A DNA stretch of 64,000 nt from the human T2T-CHM13v2.0 reference genome, Homo sapiens. The stretch lies in the NCBI RefSeq assembly GCF_009914755.1, contig NC_060930.1, one strand, 5' to 3'. The notes under the pieces are model-generated. The model was not told the DNA's origin. It was given only the letters and a program-made list of their open reading frames with translations, and searched no databases. This document shows positions 1-14,305 of this stretch, piece by piece. A program made the position numbers and the translations under genes. Every line of letters begins with the position of its first letter. Position 1 is the stretch's first letter.

Positions 1-1860
1 AGAAGATACTTAATATCATTTCAGTTTTTTGAATGTTTTAATCCTTTTTTTTGTGAACATATTGTTTATACTTGAGAATAATCCAGGTGCTGAGAAGAAT
101 GTGTATTCTGCAGCTCTTGGATGCAATGTTCTGTAAATATCTATTAGATTCATTTGGTCTATAGTGAAGATTACATCTGATGTTTCTTTGTTGATTTTCT
201 GTCTGGAAGATCTGTCCAAGATGCTGAAAATAGGGTGTGAAGTCTCCAGCTATTATTGTATTGGGGCCTATCTCCTTCTTTAGCTCTGATAATATTTGCT
301 TTATACATCTGAATGCTCCAGTGTTGAGCACTTATATATTTAAAACTGTTATATCCTCTTGATAAATTGATTTCTTATCATTACATAGTTACCTTCTTTG
401 TTCTCTTACAGCTTTTGTCTTGAAATTTATTTCTGATGTAAGTACAGCAACTTCTGCTTTTTTGTTTTCCATTGGCATGGAATATCTTTTTCCATCTCTT
501 TATTTTCTATGTATGTATTTGTAGGTGAAATGTGTTTCTTATAGACAGATTAATGAGACTTGTTTTTTCATCCATTCAGTTACTCTATATCTTTTGATTG
601 GAGATTTTAGTCCAACTACCTCAATGTTATTACTGAAAAGTAAGGACTTACTCCTGCCATTTTATTATTCTTTTTCTGGTTGTTCTGTGGTCCTCTCTTC
701 TTTCTCTCTTTCCTGTCTTCCTCTAGTGAAGGTGATTTCCTTTTTGTACTTGGATATTGATATATTTCTGTAGGTTTCAGAAGTTGCCTGTTATTATTCC
801 TTTGAATAAATTTGCTCCCTCTATTTATTTATCTACCTCTTCTTTAAGGCCAATAATTCTTAGATTTTCCCTTATGAAACTATTTTCTAAATCCTGTAGG
901 CATGCTTCATTTTGTTATTCTTTTTTCTTTTGCCTTTTCTGACTAGGTATTTTCAAATAGCCTGTCTTCAAGCTCACTAGTTCTTGCTTCTGCTTAATTC
1001 TGCTGTTAAAGGAACTTGATGCATTCTTCATTATGCCAACTGCATTTTTTAACTCCAGAATTTCTGCTTGATTCTCTTTAATTATTTTAATCTGTTTGTC
1101 TGATAGAATTTTGAATTTCATCTCTGTGTTATCATGAATTTTCTTTGAGTTTCCTCAACCTACCTATTTTGAATTCTCTGTCTGAAAGATCACATATCTC
1201 TGTTTCTCCAGGATTTGTCCCTGGAAACTTATTTAGTGTTCATTTGGTGAGATTAAGTTTTCCTGGATGGTGTTGATGCTAGCAGATGTTCTTCAGTGTC
1301 TGGGCATTGAAGGATTAGGTATTTATTGTAGTCTTCACTGTCTGGGCTTATTTGTACTCATCCTTCTTGGGAAGGTTTTCCAGATATTTGAAAGGACTTG
1401 GGTGTTGTGATCTAAGCTGTATCTGCTTTAGGGGGGAACCCACATCCAGTAACTCTGTGGTTCTTGCAGACTCATAAAGGCAACCCCTTGATGGTCTTGA
1501 ATGAGATCTGAGAGAATTCTCTGGATTACCAGGCAAAGACTCTTGCCTTCTTCCTTTCTTCCAAATATATGGAGTCCCTGCCTCTGCTCTAGCCACCTAA
1601 TGCTGAGGACTGGAGTGACACAAGCCCCCTTGTGGCCATCATTAATGTAATTTCACTGGGCCAGATCTGAAGCTAGCACAGCACTGAGTCTGGCTGAAGG
1701 CTTGCTGTAGCCACTCCCTGATTACTGCCTATGTTTCCTGAAAGCACTTGGGCTCTCTAATCTGCTGGTGGAAAAACCAACCAGGCTTATGTCCTTCCAT
1801 TCAGGGTAGCAAGGTCCCCCAGACCCCCAGTGGGTCCAGAGGTATCATCCTGGAGTCTGC
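1..1860 (-). mobile_element. Old L1 (L1M1/L1MA-type) 5' portion: 5'UTR, ORF1 and ORF2 endonuclease remnants; continues beyond the window start
   Basis: Minus-strand ORFs match the L1 ORF2 endonuclease (DRSSRQKINKETSD...IDIYRTLHP.AAEYTFFS; NTIIAGDF) and the ORF1 coiled coil (ENQAEILELKN). Many stops and frameshifts. Confidence 0.9.
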
Positions 1861-2399
1861 CCTTTTTTAAATTAAAAATAAGCAATCAAGAACAGCAACA
1901 ACAAAAAATTGCCAGAGTAAACATCATCTTTATCTTAAGCAATGTCAGAGTGGAACTTAAAACTTAGAAACTGGAACTTAGAATGCCTTATTGAAAGAAG
2001 AACACACATATGGACTTAAAATGGTACCAACAGAGAGAAGACCAGGAAAAAAAAATTAAGTTCATAAACTACTCTTTGCATTTTGCTTTTATTTAAGAAT
2101 TATTCCTTGCTTCTTTCAATAAATTTTGATTGTGTGAGTTTTCAATTCTCCAGAAATTGAAAATAACATAATGTGCTCACTATTCATGATTGCATAATAA
2201 AACCACTTGGGTATTAAAAAAATAATAATTCCTTAGCTAGAGGTTACTGAATGACAATAGAAAAAAGAAGAAAGAATCTACATAAGTGGAGACAGTTCTC
2301 ACTCTAAGCTGCTGAATATGCTTTCTGTTTAACTAAGTAAAAAGAAGTAATCAAAAAACAATTTCCACAATTTTTTATGACCATATTCACCTACCTGCC

Positions 2400-3905
2400 T
2401 CTGTATGTACATACTGTGTTCTCTCTCTTGTTCTGTAGATGAGCCATCCACATGGCAAGCAAAGGGCAGTCTCTCTACTATGTCCCAGATCTCATTCATT
2501 CTTGCCTAGACAAGAGCAATTTTTCTGGAACTCTCTCTTTTCTCTCTTGCATTCTTTTTTTTCTCATGAGCATATTAAAATGCTGCTATTTCACTCTCAT
2601 TTGAAAGTAAATATAGACATACACGTATGTGTATGCATATATGTGTGCATGTGACTTCACCATACCCTCCAGTTACTGTCCCATTTTTTTCTTTATTTGT
2701 TTTACAGTAAACTTCTCAGAAGAGTTGGCTATATTCATTGATTTCAGTTTCTTTACACTTGAACCTGTTTCTATCAGGCCTTTGCCAACACTACTCCACT
2801 GACGTAGCTGTAGTTAAAGTCACCAGTGGCATACTCTTTGCTAAATCATGAGATTGATAGTCATTTAACCTATTTGGGCTATCGGCAGCATTTGCATAGC
2901 TGATCACTCCCTTCTCCTAGATACTTTCTTTGCTTGGCTTCTAGGACACAAATTCCTCTGCTTTCCTTCTCCTTCACTGGTCTCTTCTCATTCTTTTTCA
3001 TTTATTCCTACTCATCTTTCATATCTTTTGGAGCTCAGCCCTTTGAGATTCATTCGTAAGTAAGAACAATCTATCTCACTGCTTTAATGTTCATCTAGAT
3101 GCTCATAACTTCTAATTTGTATATTCAAGTGACTGCAGAACAGAGAAGTAATCTCAAAATATGCACCTCCAAACCCAAATGCCCGCTATTATTTACTACT
3201 TTGCTATAACCTTTTCTATTTCCACTCCTTATTCAATAAGAAGCAGCTCCTTTCCATAAGGCAGCTCCTTATTTTTGATTGTTTGGGCCACAGGCCTTGG
3301 AGTCACATTTACTCTACTTTTTCTCTCATCTGCTGTCTAATCTGTTAATAAATCCTCTAGGTTATGCCTTCAGAATATTTCCAGAACTTTTATCCTCTCA
3401 CTGCTGCATTGTTGCCTCTGTTACTAAAATATGAGTTAGACCATGCCTCTGTGGTAATCAAAGCCTTCAGTGGTTTACTTTTAACCCAGAGAAAAAGTCG
3501 GCCATGAAAAACATGTACAATCTGCCTGCTCCTCCTCCTCCCACTCCCCACTCTTCACCTGTATGATTTCTCTTAATTTTCCTCCTATTTACACTTTCAC
3601 CCAGAGTCTTTTCATTTTCTCTTCCATCTGTCTGAATGTTCTTCTTTCAGATATTTGTCTGTCATTCCCCATTTCCTGCAGATTTGAGTCTCCTTCCCTG
3701 ACAGGCCTCCACTAACCACATAAAATTTCTACCTTCCAATTTCCTTTTCTCTTCCTCTTCTACACTTTTCTCCTTACCATTTACCACTATCTAACAAGCA
3801 ATTTTAACTTTATTCACTTTACAAGGAGTTCTGACTGTTTTACCCACTGACATATCCCTAGCACTGAGCTTGTGGCACATTTTAGGTACACAATAAATAT
3901 TTATT
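2400..3905 (+). mobile_element. L2 LINE fragments
   Basis: L2-type motifs (ctccactga...aaagtcacca; ctttgcttggcttctaggacac) and an L2 3' end (ggtacacaataaatatttattg). Confidence 0.7.
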
Positions 3906-5204
3906 GCATATTGCCATATTAGAATTACTGATGAAGACCCAGGAGGCTGTCTTTAAAGGAAGGGATTTTTTAAAATGAAAATGTTAGAAAAGGTTTCGAA
4001 GAACAAGTTGCATTTGAATTGAGGTTAGATTAAATGATAGGTAATATTTGAGTGTGTGGATGAGGGAAAGGTACCTGTGGTGGTGATTACTGAGTGTGAA
4101 AAGCCAACGATCCTCGAAAATAAGACATCTACCAAGAACACTGTCTTTCAATTTGGGTGGAATTTGGAAGGCTTGAAAAGAAGATATGTTCAAGTTACTG
4201 GGAGGTAACTTGGGATGTATAAGATAAGCAGAAAGCCTATTTGGGTCACTGAGGTTAAGCAATGAATTTCTTCCCTTTCTTGAGCAAACAGGCAGATCCT
4301 TGATATGTTACATTTAGATATGTGCAGTAGCTTTAATATCTTCTTCCAGAATTCTTCCAGTGACAGTCTTTCTGCTTATCAAGCTGGCTAAGGGAAATCA
4401 AATCAACAAACCTCATTTCTTATTGAGGTGGGCCAGATACTTATTCATGCATATTTAGGGAATATAAATCTCAGTTCCAGAATGTTCGAACTATAGACTA
4501 TTCTGCATAAGCCAGAACATAATTATAAACATGTAGAAAGAAACCACTTTACTCCAAAGGTGTATAATCTATACATATTTTAATAGAATTTCTCTTTTAT
4601 ACTTGGGACCTAAATTTGAGTTTAGAAAAAGCAATCAGTAAACTTACATAATGAGATTTAAGAGGAAATAGTCAAGCAGGAAATTCCTCTCCCGAGCAAT
4701 AATTTTTCTACTTCTCAATCTGCACCTCTTTTTTTCCTGCCTGACTCAAAATAGCAAAATTCTAGCCTTAATTCTCCAGGACCCCTGAAGGCATTCTCTT
4801 CTAATACGGTGTTTTTTCCTTTTGGTTCATCTTCCATAGCTGTTTTGAGATCAGAGGCCTTGGCTTCCATTACCGCCTGGAACTGACTTCCCTCACCACT
4901 TTTAAAAATCAGAGATAAATAGTGAATTATAAAAATATGAGTAAAGTCAAAAGCAAACACTGGAAACATGATCAAATACAACAAGAACATCAAGTGAAGT
5001 ACTTCAAATAGCACTTCAGGTCTGTATATGTGATTAGATGAGTTTATTTTTAGAATAATATATTCATTGACCGGGCATGTGTTGGCCTGTCACATGCTAT
5101 AGATTATTAGACTGACAATAACCCCTATGACTTAAGGATATTATTAGTGTTAGCTTTCAATTCTACTTATATAATTATTAATGATTATTACTGTAATTAT
5201 AAAT

Positions 5205-5630
5205 AATTATTTATTGAGCACCTACTATATGTTAACCACTTAATATGAATTATCAGATGTAATCTTCACAACAGCCCTCTTAGTTAGGATATATTATAAT
5301 TTCCATTTGACAAATGAAGGAAGTAAGGCAAAGTGATGTTAAGTTACCTGCCCAAGATCACAAAGCAAGAGGTGTCAGACCCAGAATTCGAAGGCCATCT
5401 GATCACCACAGCCTGATTTCAGAGTGTAGAGTTTTAACTATTCCACAATTCTGCTTACTTTCAGTAATATACAACTTCTTCAGTTATTAAGAAGTAAAAG
5501 TGAGAGCTAGCTTTAATCAGGTGCCTATACACCAGACACCTTGCATTATTTCCTTTAATCTTTGCAACAGTTCTACAAATTAGAATTTTATAGGTGAGAA
5601 AGAGGTTAATTTAGTTGCCCAAGGTCGTTC
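5205..5630 (-). mobile_element. MIR SINEs (two fragments)
   Basis: ttattgagcacctactat...cttcacaacagccct...gttaagttacctgcccaagatcaca core; a second copy near 5510-5630. Confidence 0.75.
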
Positions 5631-7529
5631 TCTCCAAAAATAAAGTTCTATTTTCCTTAAAAACATATTGGAAGATTGTCATGAGGTCAATAATGTTCAG
5701 CAGGCATACTTCTGCAAAATCATAAAACTCATCTTATTTACTTAGTAAAACCATGGCTAAATTAAGAAAGAGATAAATAAAGGTGCATTCCATTATTTTT
5801 CCCACTTTCAAGGTCCAGCTCAAATGCTGTATTTTCTAGGTCTAGTTCCTTCATTAAGCCTTCCTCAATTCCCTGATCCCCAAAACCAACTAATCTTATA
5901 TTTCAATTCAATTAAGGAGAAGCAAGTCTAATGGATTGGGAACAGATGTGCATATTTTTAAACTGCTGTTGCTTACTGTGGAAGTCAGACCTATTAAACC
6001 CTCCATTTTAAAAACCTTTACCCTTTACATTCTGATTATTTTATGGTACATATTCTGCTTAGTAGTAGTGTTATTGTGTTGTTCTTATTCTGTCTTCCAA
6101 ATGATAAGCAGATGATAAGCAAAGACTTTTATATTCATTCATTCTTATATCTTCTGTAGTGTTTAATACAGTGCCTAGCATACTGTATATGGTCAAAAAT
6201 GGTTATAATATTGATGTCAGTGGATAATTCAATGATCCCACCTTTGATTAGCAATTTTTTAATTTAATAATCTTTAAATGCCTAGAATTAATAGCACCAT
6301 TCTCTCAGCTTCTATACCCAGGATAATTTCTGGACATTTCTGATGACTTTCCCATGATCTCCGGAAATAATAAAAGATAAGCTTTACAGATGAGGTAACA
6401 GATTTGCAAAATATTAAATATGCCATTACCTGAAGAGGGCGTAAGTTGAGCCCTTTCCTTCATCTCTTTCTTGCTCACAGATATTACAATATCTGTGCAA
6501 AAATCCTAATGCAAGAATGAGCTTAGCATATTCCAGGGACTGTCATTAACTGAAATACATATATAACAAGGAGGAAAAGATACAATAAATGTGGAATTTA
6601 TTCTAATTACAATGGAAAGCAAGTGGAGAGTTTTAAGTAATAAGTTTTATGCTTTAAATTTTTTTGGCTGCTGCATGGAAAAGTTCCTTGAAGGAGAAAA
6701 TGTGAATAGAGAGTGGTGGGAATGGCAGAGGACTATTGCAAGAGTCCAGTTGGTTGCTGATGTTATCTTGGACTAGGGTTATCCGTGTGGAAATGGTAAG
6801 ACAAGGTAATATTCAGACTTGCCAGTGTACTACCTGTGGGTGTGAATGACAAATGTGAGATTCAAACCCAGGTCTATATTGCACTAAAGTTTACAACATT
6901 TGCACACCTCTATATTCCCTCAATTGGGTATCTTGTTTACTTTTTAAAAAAAGACAATATAAAACTTATAAGCCTAGTTTTTCTTCAGGTTACTTTGTTG
7001 CTTTCTGATTTACCATTCTTATCGCCCTAAAATCTAAATGTAATTTTAGAGAATATAGTTATACATTGAAAATATAAGAGCATGCATGGGTACATGGAAA
7101 TTAAGTATCTTGAGAGATTATATCTATTCTCAAATTTACCCTTGACAATGCAAGCAGTTACACCAAAGAGATGAACCAATTACTGTAAACAAGACAGAAA
7201 GCACGTAATCTTTATCTTTTTTCTTTGTATAAATAACTTGCAGCATTCCAGACGTCTCTCTCATTGCAAATTGATATAACCACAAAAGGATTTTGAGTAT
7301 AATTTCAAGGAACATTTGTTTGCGATCATGCTTCCCACCTCCCACCAAAAATAATAATAAAGATCATGGCTAGAACTAACGCTCCAAGAGGTACTTTTAA
7401 CCTTAAGGAAGTGTAGACTTTAAAATCTATTAGTGAGGCAAAACAAACTTTGTTTCAGCTAGTGCTAGAGAAATCAGACCCCTACCACTAGAGAACTATA
7501 ATGCCCATTAAAAATAAAAATTAAACACA

Positions 7530-7670
7530 AATTGTGACATTAAAAAATATGAGTGCCTGGGTCTCATTTCCAAAGGTTCTAGTTCAACTGGTTTGAGATG
7601 AAACTCACGAAGCAGTATTTAAATTTTTTTCTCAGATGATTTTAATGTACAAATAAGATTGATGAGAACA
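7530..7670. mobile_element. MER5-like hAT-Charlie fragment
   Basis: gtgcctgggtctcat...ggttct...ggtttgagatg...tctcagatgattttaatgtaca resembles MER5A/B. Confidence 0.45.
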
Positions 7671-7808
7671 GGGCTTGAGGAAAATAAATTATGTTGTCTT
7701 TTTTTTATAATATCTTAGGATGGGAATTCATCCTCATTTTCCAAGTTAAAATAACTGTCTTGCTCTGGCAAAACTCAGACAGAACTCATGGAAAATACAA
7801 AGTTTTCA

Positions 7809-7810
<2 letters not shown>

Positions 7811-7846
<36 letters not shown>
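7811..7846. repeat. (TG)n microsatellite
   Basis: About 18 uninterrupted TG units. Confidence 0.97.
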
Positions 7847-7847
<1 letters not shown>

Positions 7848-8749
7848 ATGCACCCAGAAACACACATGTAAGCACACATGTAGCAATGGTTTAAAAGAGG
7901 ACTTTTAGAGCTCTACAGTCAGGGTCAGGTAGAGACACATATCTACGAGAGAAAGCAAACTTTTCATCATAAGTCAAAGGAAAGGGATGCAATTAAGAGC
8001 GAGCACAGATCTTTAGAAAGCAATACCAAATGGTTTGTAAAAGGGGATATTTGTGAAAATAGTGATCGTATGCTAAAAATTCCTCACATTTTTATTTCAA
8101 TGCCAATTAAATATTCCAGTTTTAAGTAGTTCAGGATGGAATTTTTAGTCACATTAAGATATCCTCCTCTCAAGTTCTTTGCTAGAGGCTACTAGTTTTG
8201 TTTCCAACATTTTCTGCCTTATCAGCTACTGACTGAAACCCATTAATGAATTTAATTCTATTTAACAAATAATTAATGAAGACCTACTCTACCAAACCAA
8301 GTATAGTAATACTCATGGAGGCAATTTTCCGTAAATATGATGACCAGCTTTATGAACAAAGGACTTGTAGTAAGTCCCATCTGATGATGGGTCCAAAAGT
8401 GAATGCAAAGTCAGGGAAGTTAGAATCTCTAGATGCATGCATTCTGAGTGTACAAGAGAAATAAAGCCTCTCAAGATTCCCAAAAGATCTGTTTCTTCTA
8501 CTTTATACATAGATTCAAAATGGATAATTTTGTTGATCAAGAAATCCCTTTCAAATACTACCTGAAAGGACACAAAACCCAGGGAACATGGAAGAACGGA
8601 ATCAGGTCCTGCAGAGCAAAGGAGAATACAAATAAGAAATAAAATTAACTTTTGTAACAGCAGTAAGATGGTTGTTAGGGAATTTTATTTTTATAGTGAA
8701 AACTTAAAGACTGAGTTTCTCAAGCGTTAAAATGAAAATGTTTTTATTT

Positions 8750-9300
8750 GTGAATTCATTCATTCTGCAATTATTTAGTGAACACCTACTAATATCAGGG
8801 AGCAGTTTATGAATTTTGAAAATAATGATCAAAACAGACATAATCTCTGCTTTCTTGCAGCTTTTATTTAAGTAAGAGGGTCAAACAAAACACAGCCTAG
8901 TGAATAAGAGCATTACATAGTTAGGAGATAATAAATGCTATGAGAAAAAAAAGTGCAGGATAAATGCAAGGGAGGGTCAGGGTGAGTTGGAACTTTAAAT
9001 AGGGTGATGAAGAAAAGCCTCTTTGAGAAGGTGATATTCCAGCAAAGACCTGAGGGAGGTGAGGAAATTAGCTGCACTAATGCTTAAGGAAACAGGGACA
9101 AAGAAAGGTAACATTTTGAGATGGTGCAAATAATATCACATTTATATGCTGATGGGAAAGATCTACTAGCAAAAGAAAAACATAGTGAAGAAGGAGAAAG
9201 AAGAGAAATTGTGGAAACACTGAGAAATGGAAGAGGAAAGGATCTAGGGAACATGTGGAGGTATGCTTTAGAGAGGAGCACGGACCCTGCTTGTATACCA
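8750..9300 (-). mobile_element. L2 LINE fragment
   Basis: attcattcatt...tttagtgaacacctact 3' end; aggg...gcctctttgagaaggtgatatt...aaagacctgaggga. Confidence 0.7.
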
Positions 9301-10454
9301 ACAGGCGGAAAAGCAGAGGACCATTTTGTGTCAGATTGAAATTCCACATACTGGAAAGCCCATTCCTCAGAGAGTGTGCGACAACAGCATCAAATAACTT
9401 CCATAACTAATGTTTTTCTTTTGTAAAATTAAAGTTTATAATTAATGACCTATTGTGGTTACTGATTATCTTGATAGACAGGAGGAAAACAGTGAAGAGT
9501 AGTAAGACTCAGGCTTACATGCAGAAGACACATCAAGAATAGAACAGACTGCCTAACATCACTCACCTCTATATCACAGGCTTTCACGTTTTTTACCAAT
9601 TGCACTTGGATATTGAGTGGCTCGCTCTAGCCTATACTGTAAGGGCAGTGTGTTGGACCAAGTGAATGTCTATGCCACTTCACAGAGGTACCATTCCAGA
9701 TGTTTACTAGTGTTCCAGGTGTTGACAAGTTAGGATAAATGTGATCACAAAGATCCTTCCTTTTTACCGATCCTGGCTCCTCCTTTGTTCAGTGGCCAGG
9801 CCTGGCTTCTGTCTCAGCTAGATCATTTTCTTCTACAAATTTTTGCTCCACTATCAAGTCCTTTTTGCCTTTTGCACAATAAATCTTAGAAACAAATTTG
9901 CACATATTTATTAGAGTACCCTAATAGGCTAACCCTCAAATAGCATTTGCTTTATTAACAAAATGTTTAATCAATAAAAAGAAGCAGTTGATGGGAAGTA
10001 CTGAGGGTTGCTCTTAGAGGTATTCTTGAATAGCTCTCAGATGTGGGTATGTCTAGCATGTGATTTACTCTGCTCACTGCATTTTACTCTTTTTTTCTTA
10101 TAGCCTACTTAGTTATATACAAACAACTTCATTCAATTCAGCAAATCATCAAGTAGTTATTGACTAAGTGTCAAGAACTATGCTTAGTTCTTAGCTCAAG
10201 CTACTGAAATGATGTACTGCTCTCTACTTTAGGGCTGCAGATAAGTTGGAGAAACAAAATTGCAAAAGGCTGCTCTCCCTATAATAGGCCAGATACTGTA
10301 ACAAACACATAACCCTCGTGCTACTGACACACAGTAAAGAATCTAGCCTAGCAGAGTCTATGGGTTCAGGGAATGTTGAGACTCACAAGAGTTCAAGAGT
10401 GAGCAGAAGTGCACCAGGCTAACAAAGGTGGGAAAGATACTCCTGGTAAATAAT

Positions 10455-10525
10455 TAGATGGTAAAGAGAAGATAGATATAAATGACAGATAGATAGATAG
10501 GTGAGAGAGAGAAAGAGATGATAGA
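10455..10525. repeat. Degenerate (GATA)n/(GA)n repeat
   Basis: gatagatagatag units and GA runs. Confidence 0.75.
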
Positions 10526-11904
10526 AAATATGCTGGTATCTGTATGTTTATTTGAATGAGTTGGGTAATCTGAAATTTAACATGCAATAATATCTAGTTA
10601 AACAGAACTATCCCTTCTAGACTAGATAAATATTTCCTTGCTTGGTAAAATTTCAAAAGACCATTGTATTCTCAATGTTGAAGAAATAGCCCTGCACCTT
10701 AGAGAAGAAAAAAATCTGTCAGGAATACACTATTTTCTAGTCTAACTTGTTTGTAACAGAGGCCAAAAAAAATATGGTAAAAGCCATTCTCTACACAAAT
10801 AAATTGAAAAGTTCTACAAAGTTCAAATGTTGACCACACAGTGAACCTACTATTGAATTTTTAGATGTGTTTTTGCTTCAAAGATGTATTGACATAAAGG
10901 TCCTTTGAAGGAATATAATAATTCTTTTGAAATCATTTTGAATATACCCTGTGCGATACAGATTGAATCATTTGTCCAAGACTTTTTATTTCTGAAGTTT
11001 CTGCTGAAAGTCAACCTTCTCTAGAACCATTATCAAGTTGTAAAAGTAAAGATTTCTAACAGCCTTGAGGATTTTGAACTTGAAGAAAAAAAATTTAGAC
11101 ATTGGAAAATTGTCTTTATAAAAAGTATAATACGCAATTTAGGATCTCTAAATGTCCAACTCCAACACTAGTAATAATGCTTTATTGCCAATGGGATGGA
11201 CCACTCAAAAGAAACTGACTTACTGCATGGACAGGATTTATCTCTCAAACTTTAATATTTCAAAATTATTCTGAATTCATTTTTGAAAAAGTAAGAATAT
11301 CTGTTTTCTACTCAAAGGTAAAACTCTGTTGCTGGTATAAATGAAGAAGTTAAAAGTAGTTTCAATAACTCAATAATAACATATAATAATGCTAATATAT
11401 AATAATTGCATGATATATTATATATTACAATCTATTATTATAGTGTGCTAGTTTTAGAGTATTGATGTTTTATTGCCTCTCTCCATACTCCTTGCCAAAA
11501 AATAATCAAGTAAAGAAACAACAGGGAATAAAGTAAATCCCATTTCTTCTAACAACATGTTGAACTAAAAAACAAAAAGATAGTAGTTGATGCTTAGATA
11601 TAAGTAAGGTTTTTGGCAATACTTGCATTGTTCACATACTGGTAGAATGTGCTGTGGGGGGTCTTATGCAAAGCAGATTCCTGGGATTTTATCTTTTAAC
11701 CAGGGGGTCTTAGGGATAACACTATTTTATATTAGTTTACTACGATATGAATGACTGTTTTTCTTGGCCATCACTTCCTCATTGTGATAGCTGTACAGTG
11801 TTAAAAATAGATTTTTGAATATTAGACAGAAAATAGAAATGCACATTTTTATAGAATTGCAGAAAGACTAAGTTATGATACATATTTTAACGTATACTTT
11901 CTCA

Positions 11905-12265
<361 letters not shown>

Positions 12266-12849
12266 CTATCTGCAGTCTAGAGATGAAACCACCTTAACAG
12301 TTTTAATTATATTAGGTTGCATTTTCAAGTGTCAGATTGTCCCAATTCATACAGTACTTTTACTAGTTCTCAGAATGATCTGTATAGACAGTACCATACT
12401 GTGTCAGTTCCCTGGCATGGGATAGGATGTAGTGAAAAAAAAATCATGGAAGAGAAAATAAATTATTCAAGCTCCAGTTACTAAATTCCCCAGTCACTTA
12501 ACCTTTTGGAGAATCAATTTTAACATCGGTAAATGTAAGGATCACTATGAATGCTTTACCTATCTCATAGATCAGTTGGGAAAGTCCAATATAAGAAACA
12601 TAGATCTGAAAGTGGCTAAGTGATGTGTAAAATAATAGTTTTTCTATTTTGCAATGTATAATCATGGTGGGTCTAGGATTGAGTCTGACACTGTCCAAAT
12701 CAAAGTTCTCCACTTTTCTCTGGATTACATCCTCTGCTTTTTCTTCTGGAAATTTGGTGTATTATGATTCTCCTAAATTTTCAATTTCTCAATTTCTAAT
12801 GGCTATTTATCATCAGCATTTAAACATAATCCTAAATTTACTGTCTTAA

Positions 12850-13700
12850 AAAAGTCTTTAATAATTATAATCCTTTTTGGCTATCAGCATCTCTCTCCTC
12901 CCTTTTAGAGCTAAACTTTCACAAAGTTGTCTATCCCAACTTTCTTCATTTTTATGTTCCTTTCCCCTTCCACCTCAAGCAATGTGAATTCCAACATAAC
13001 CATCTATAAAAACAGAAATTTCTCTCAAAAATTACCACTTTCTGAAGGCTACATCTTCTTTAACTTTTTATTTTACATTGTTTACCAATTCCTTCTTCCT
13101 GAAACACTTTTGTGGGGGATAAGTGTCTTCCATGAAACTGCATTTTGCTACTTTTCTTTCTGCCTTTTTATCTGTTTGTCTCGGTCTTTTTAGAAGCCTC
13201 CTTCTCTTCTGTTTATCCCTTAAAGATTGACATTCTTCAGAACTTACCATAGGATCTTCATGCTCTTCACCTTTACTTTCCTCACTATTAAAATCACATC
13301 TATTTGCATGGTTTTAATACACAGCATGCTCTTTCATTCATCTCAGTTTATTTTCTCCTGGACTTCAGATGCATGGGCATATCCAATTGCTTATTGGATA
13401 TCTTCACTCCAATGTTTCACATGCAATTCGGACTCATCATTGTTCTCCACTGCCTACCTCTTGTCTCTCTGTCTTAATGAATGACATCATAATCTTCTCA
13501 GTGACTGATGCCAAATCTGAGTTTTATCTTAGATTTCTCCCTTCCCTCAACTTCCACAACAAATTAATAATGTGTCTTGCCAATCCTACTTCTTAAATAT
13601 CTCTCAAACACATCTTCATCTTTTGATCACATCACCACCATTTTGGTCACAACTATGTCTCATCTAAAATACTGAAAATATTATCCAACCTATGGTAGCA
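12850..13700 (+). mobile_element. L2 LINE fragment
   Basis: ccttcttcctgaaacac..., ctcctggacttcagat...atccaattgcttattggatatcttcact, typical of the L2 3' region. Confidence 0.7.
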
Positions 13701-13750
13701 CAAAAGACTGACTGCAGTGTGTTTCATGGGGATGTTTTGGCATCCTCATT

Positions 13751-14305
13751 ATATTAATTATCTATCGCCATATAACAAACTGACACAAACTTAGTGCCTT
13801 AAAACAACACAGACTCCTACTTTACACTTACTGTGTATGTAAGAATTGGGTATGGTTTAGCTGAGTTCCCTGCTACAGGATCTCTCACAATGCTAAAATC
13901 TAGACGTCTTATCTCAAAACTCACCCGGGGAAGGATCTACTTGTAAGATGATGTAGTTGTTGGCAGAATTCCTTTTGGGTTGATGCACTGAGGACCTTAG
14001 TTTCTTGATGGCTGCTAGTCAGAGGAAGCCCTTTATATCTTGTCATGTGAGCCCCTCCATAATGCAGCGTGCAACATGGTGGCTTGTTTTATCAGAACTA
14101 ACAAGGGATAGAGTTTGATAGCAAGCCCGAGGTCAGAATCTTATGTAACTGATTCACAAAAATGACATCCCATCATCTTTGAAATATTTTATTGGCTAGA
14201 AGCAGGTTATAGACCCTGTGCACACACAAGAGGAAGACGCTGCACACGAGGATAAATACCAAGAGGCAGAAATCACCGGAGGCCATCTTGGAATTGATCT
14301 GCCAG
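13751..14305 (-). mobile_element. MaLR solo LTR (MLT1F/G-like)
   Basis: Starts tattaattatctatcgcc...acttagtgccttaaaacaacac and ends ggccatcttggaatt...tgccaga. Confidence 0.8.

Noticed and set aside
4715-5014. 99-aa minus-strand ORF with a hydrophobic N-terminus and charged C-terminus
   Set aside because: No recognisable homology, non-ATG start and no convincing splice donor. Hydrophobic runs are expected from T-rich DNA.
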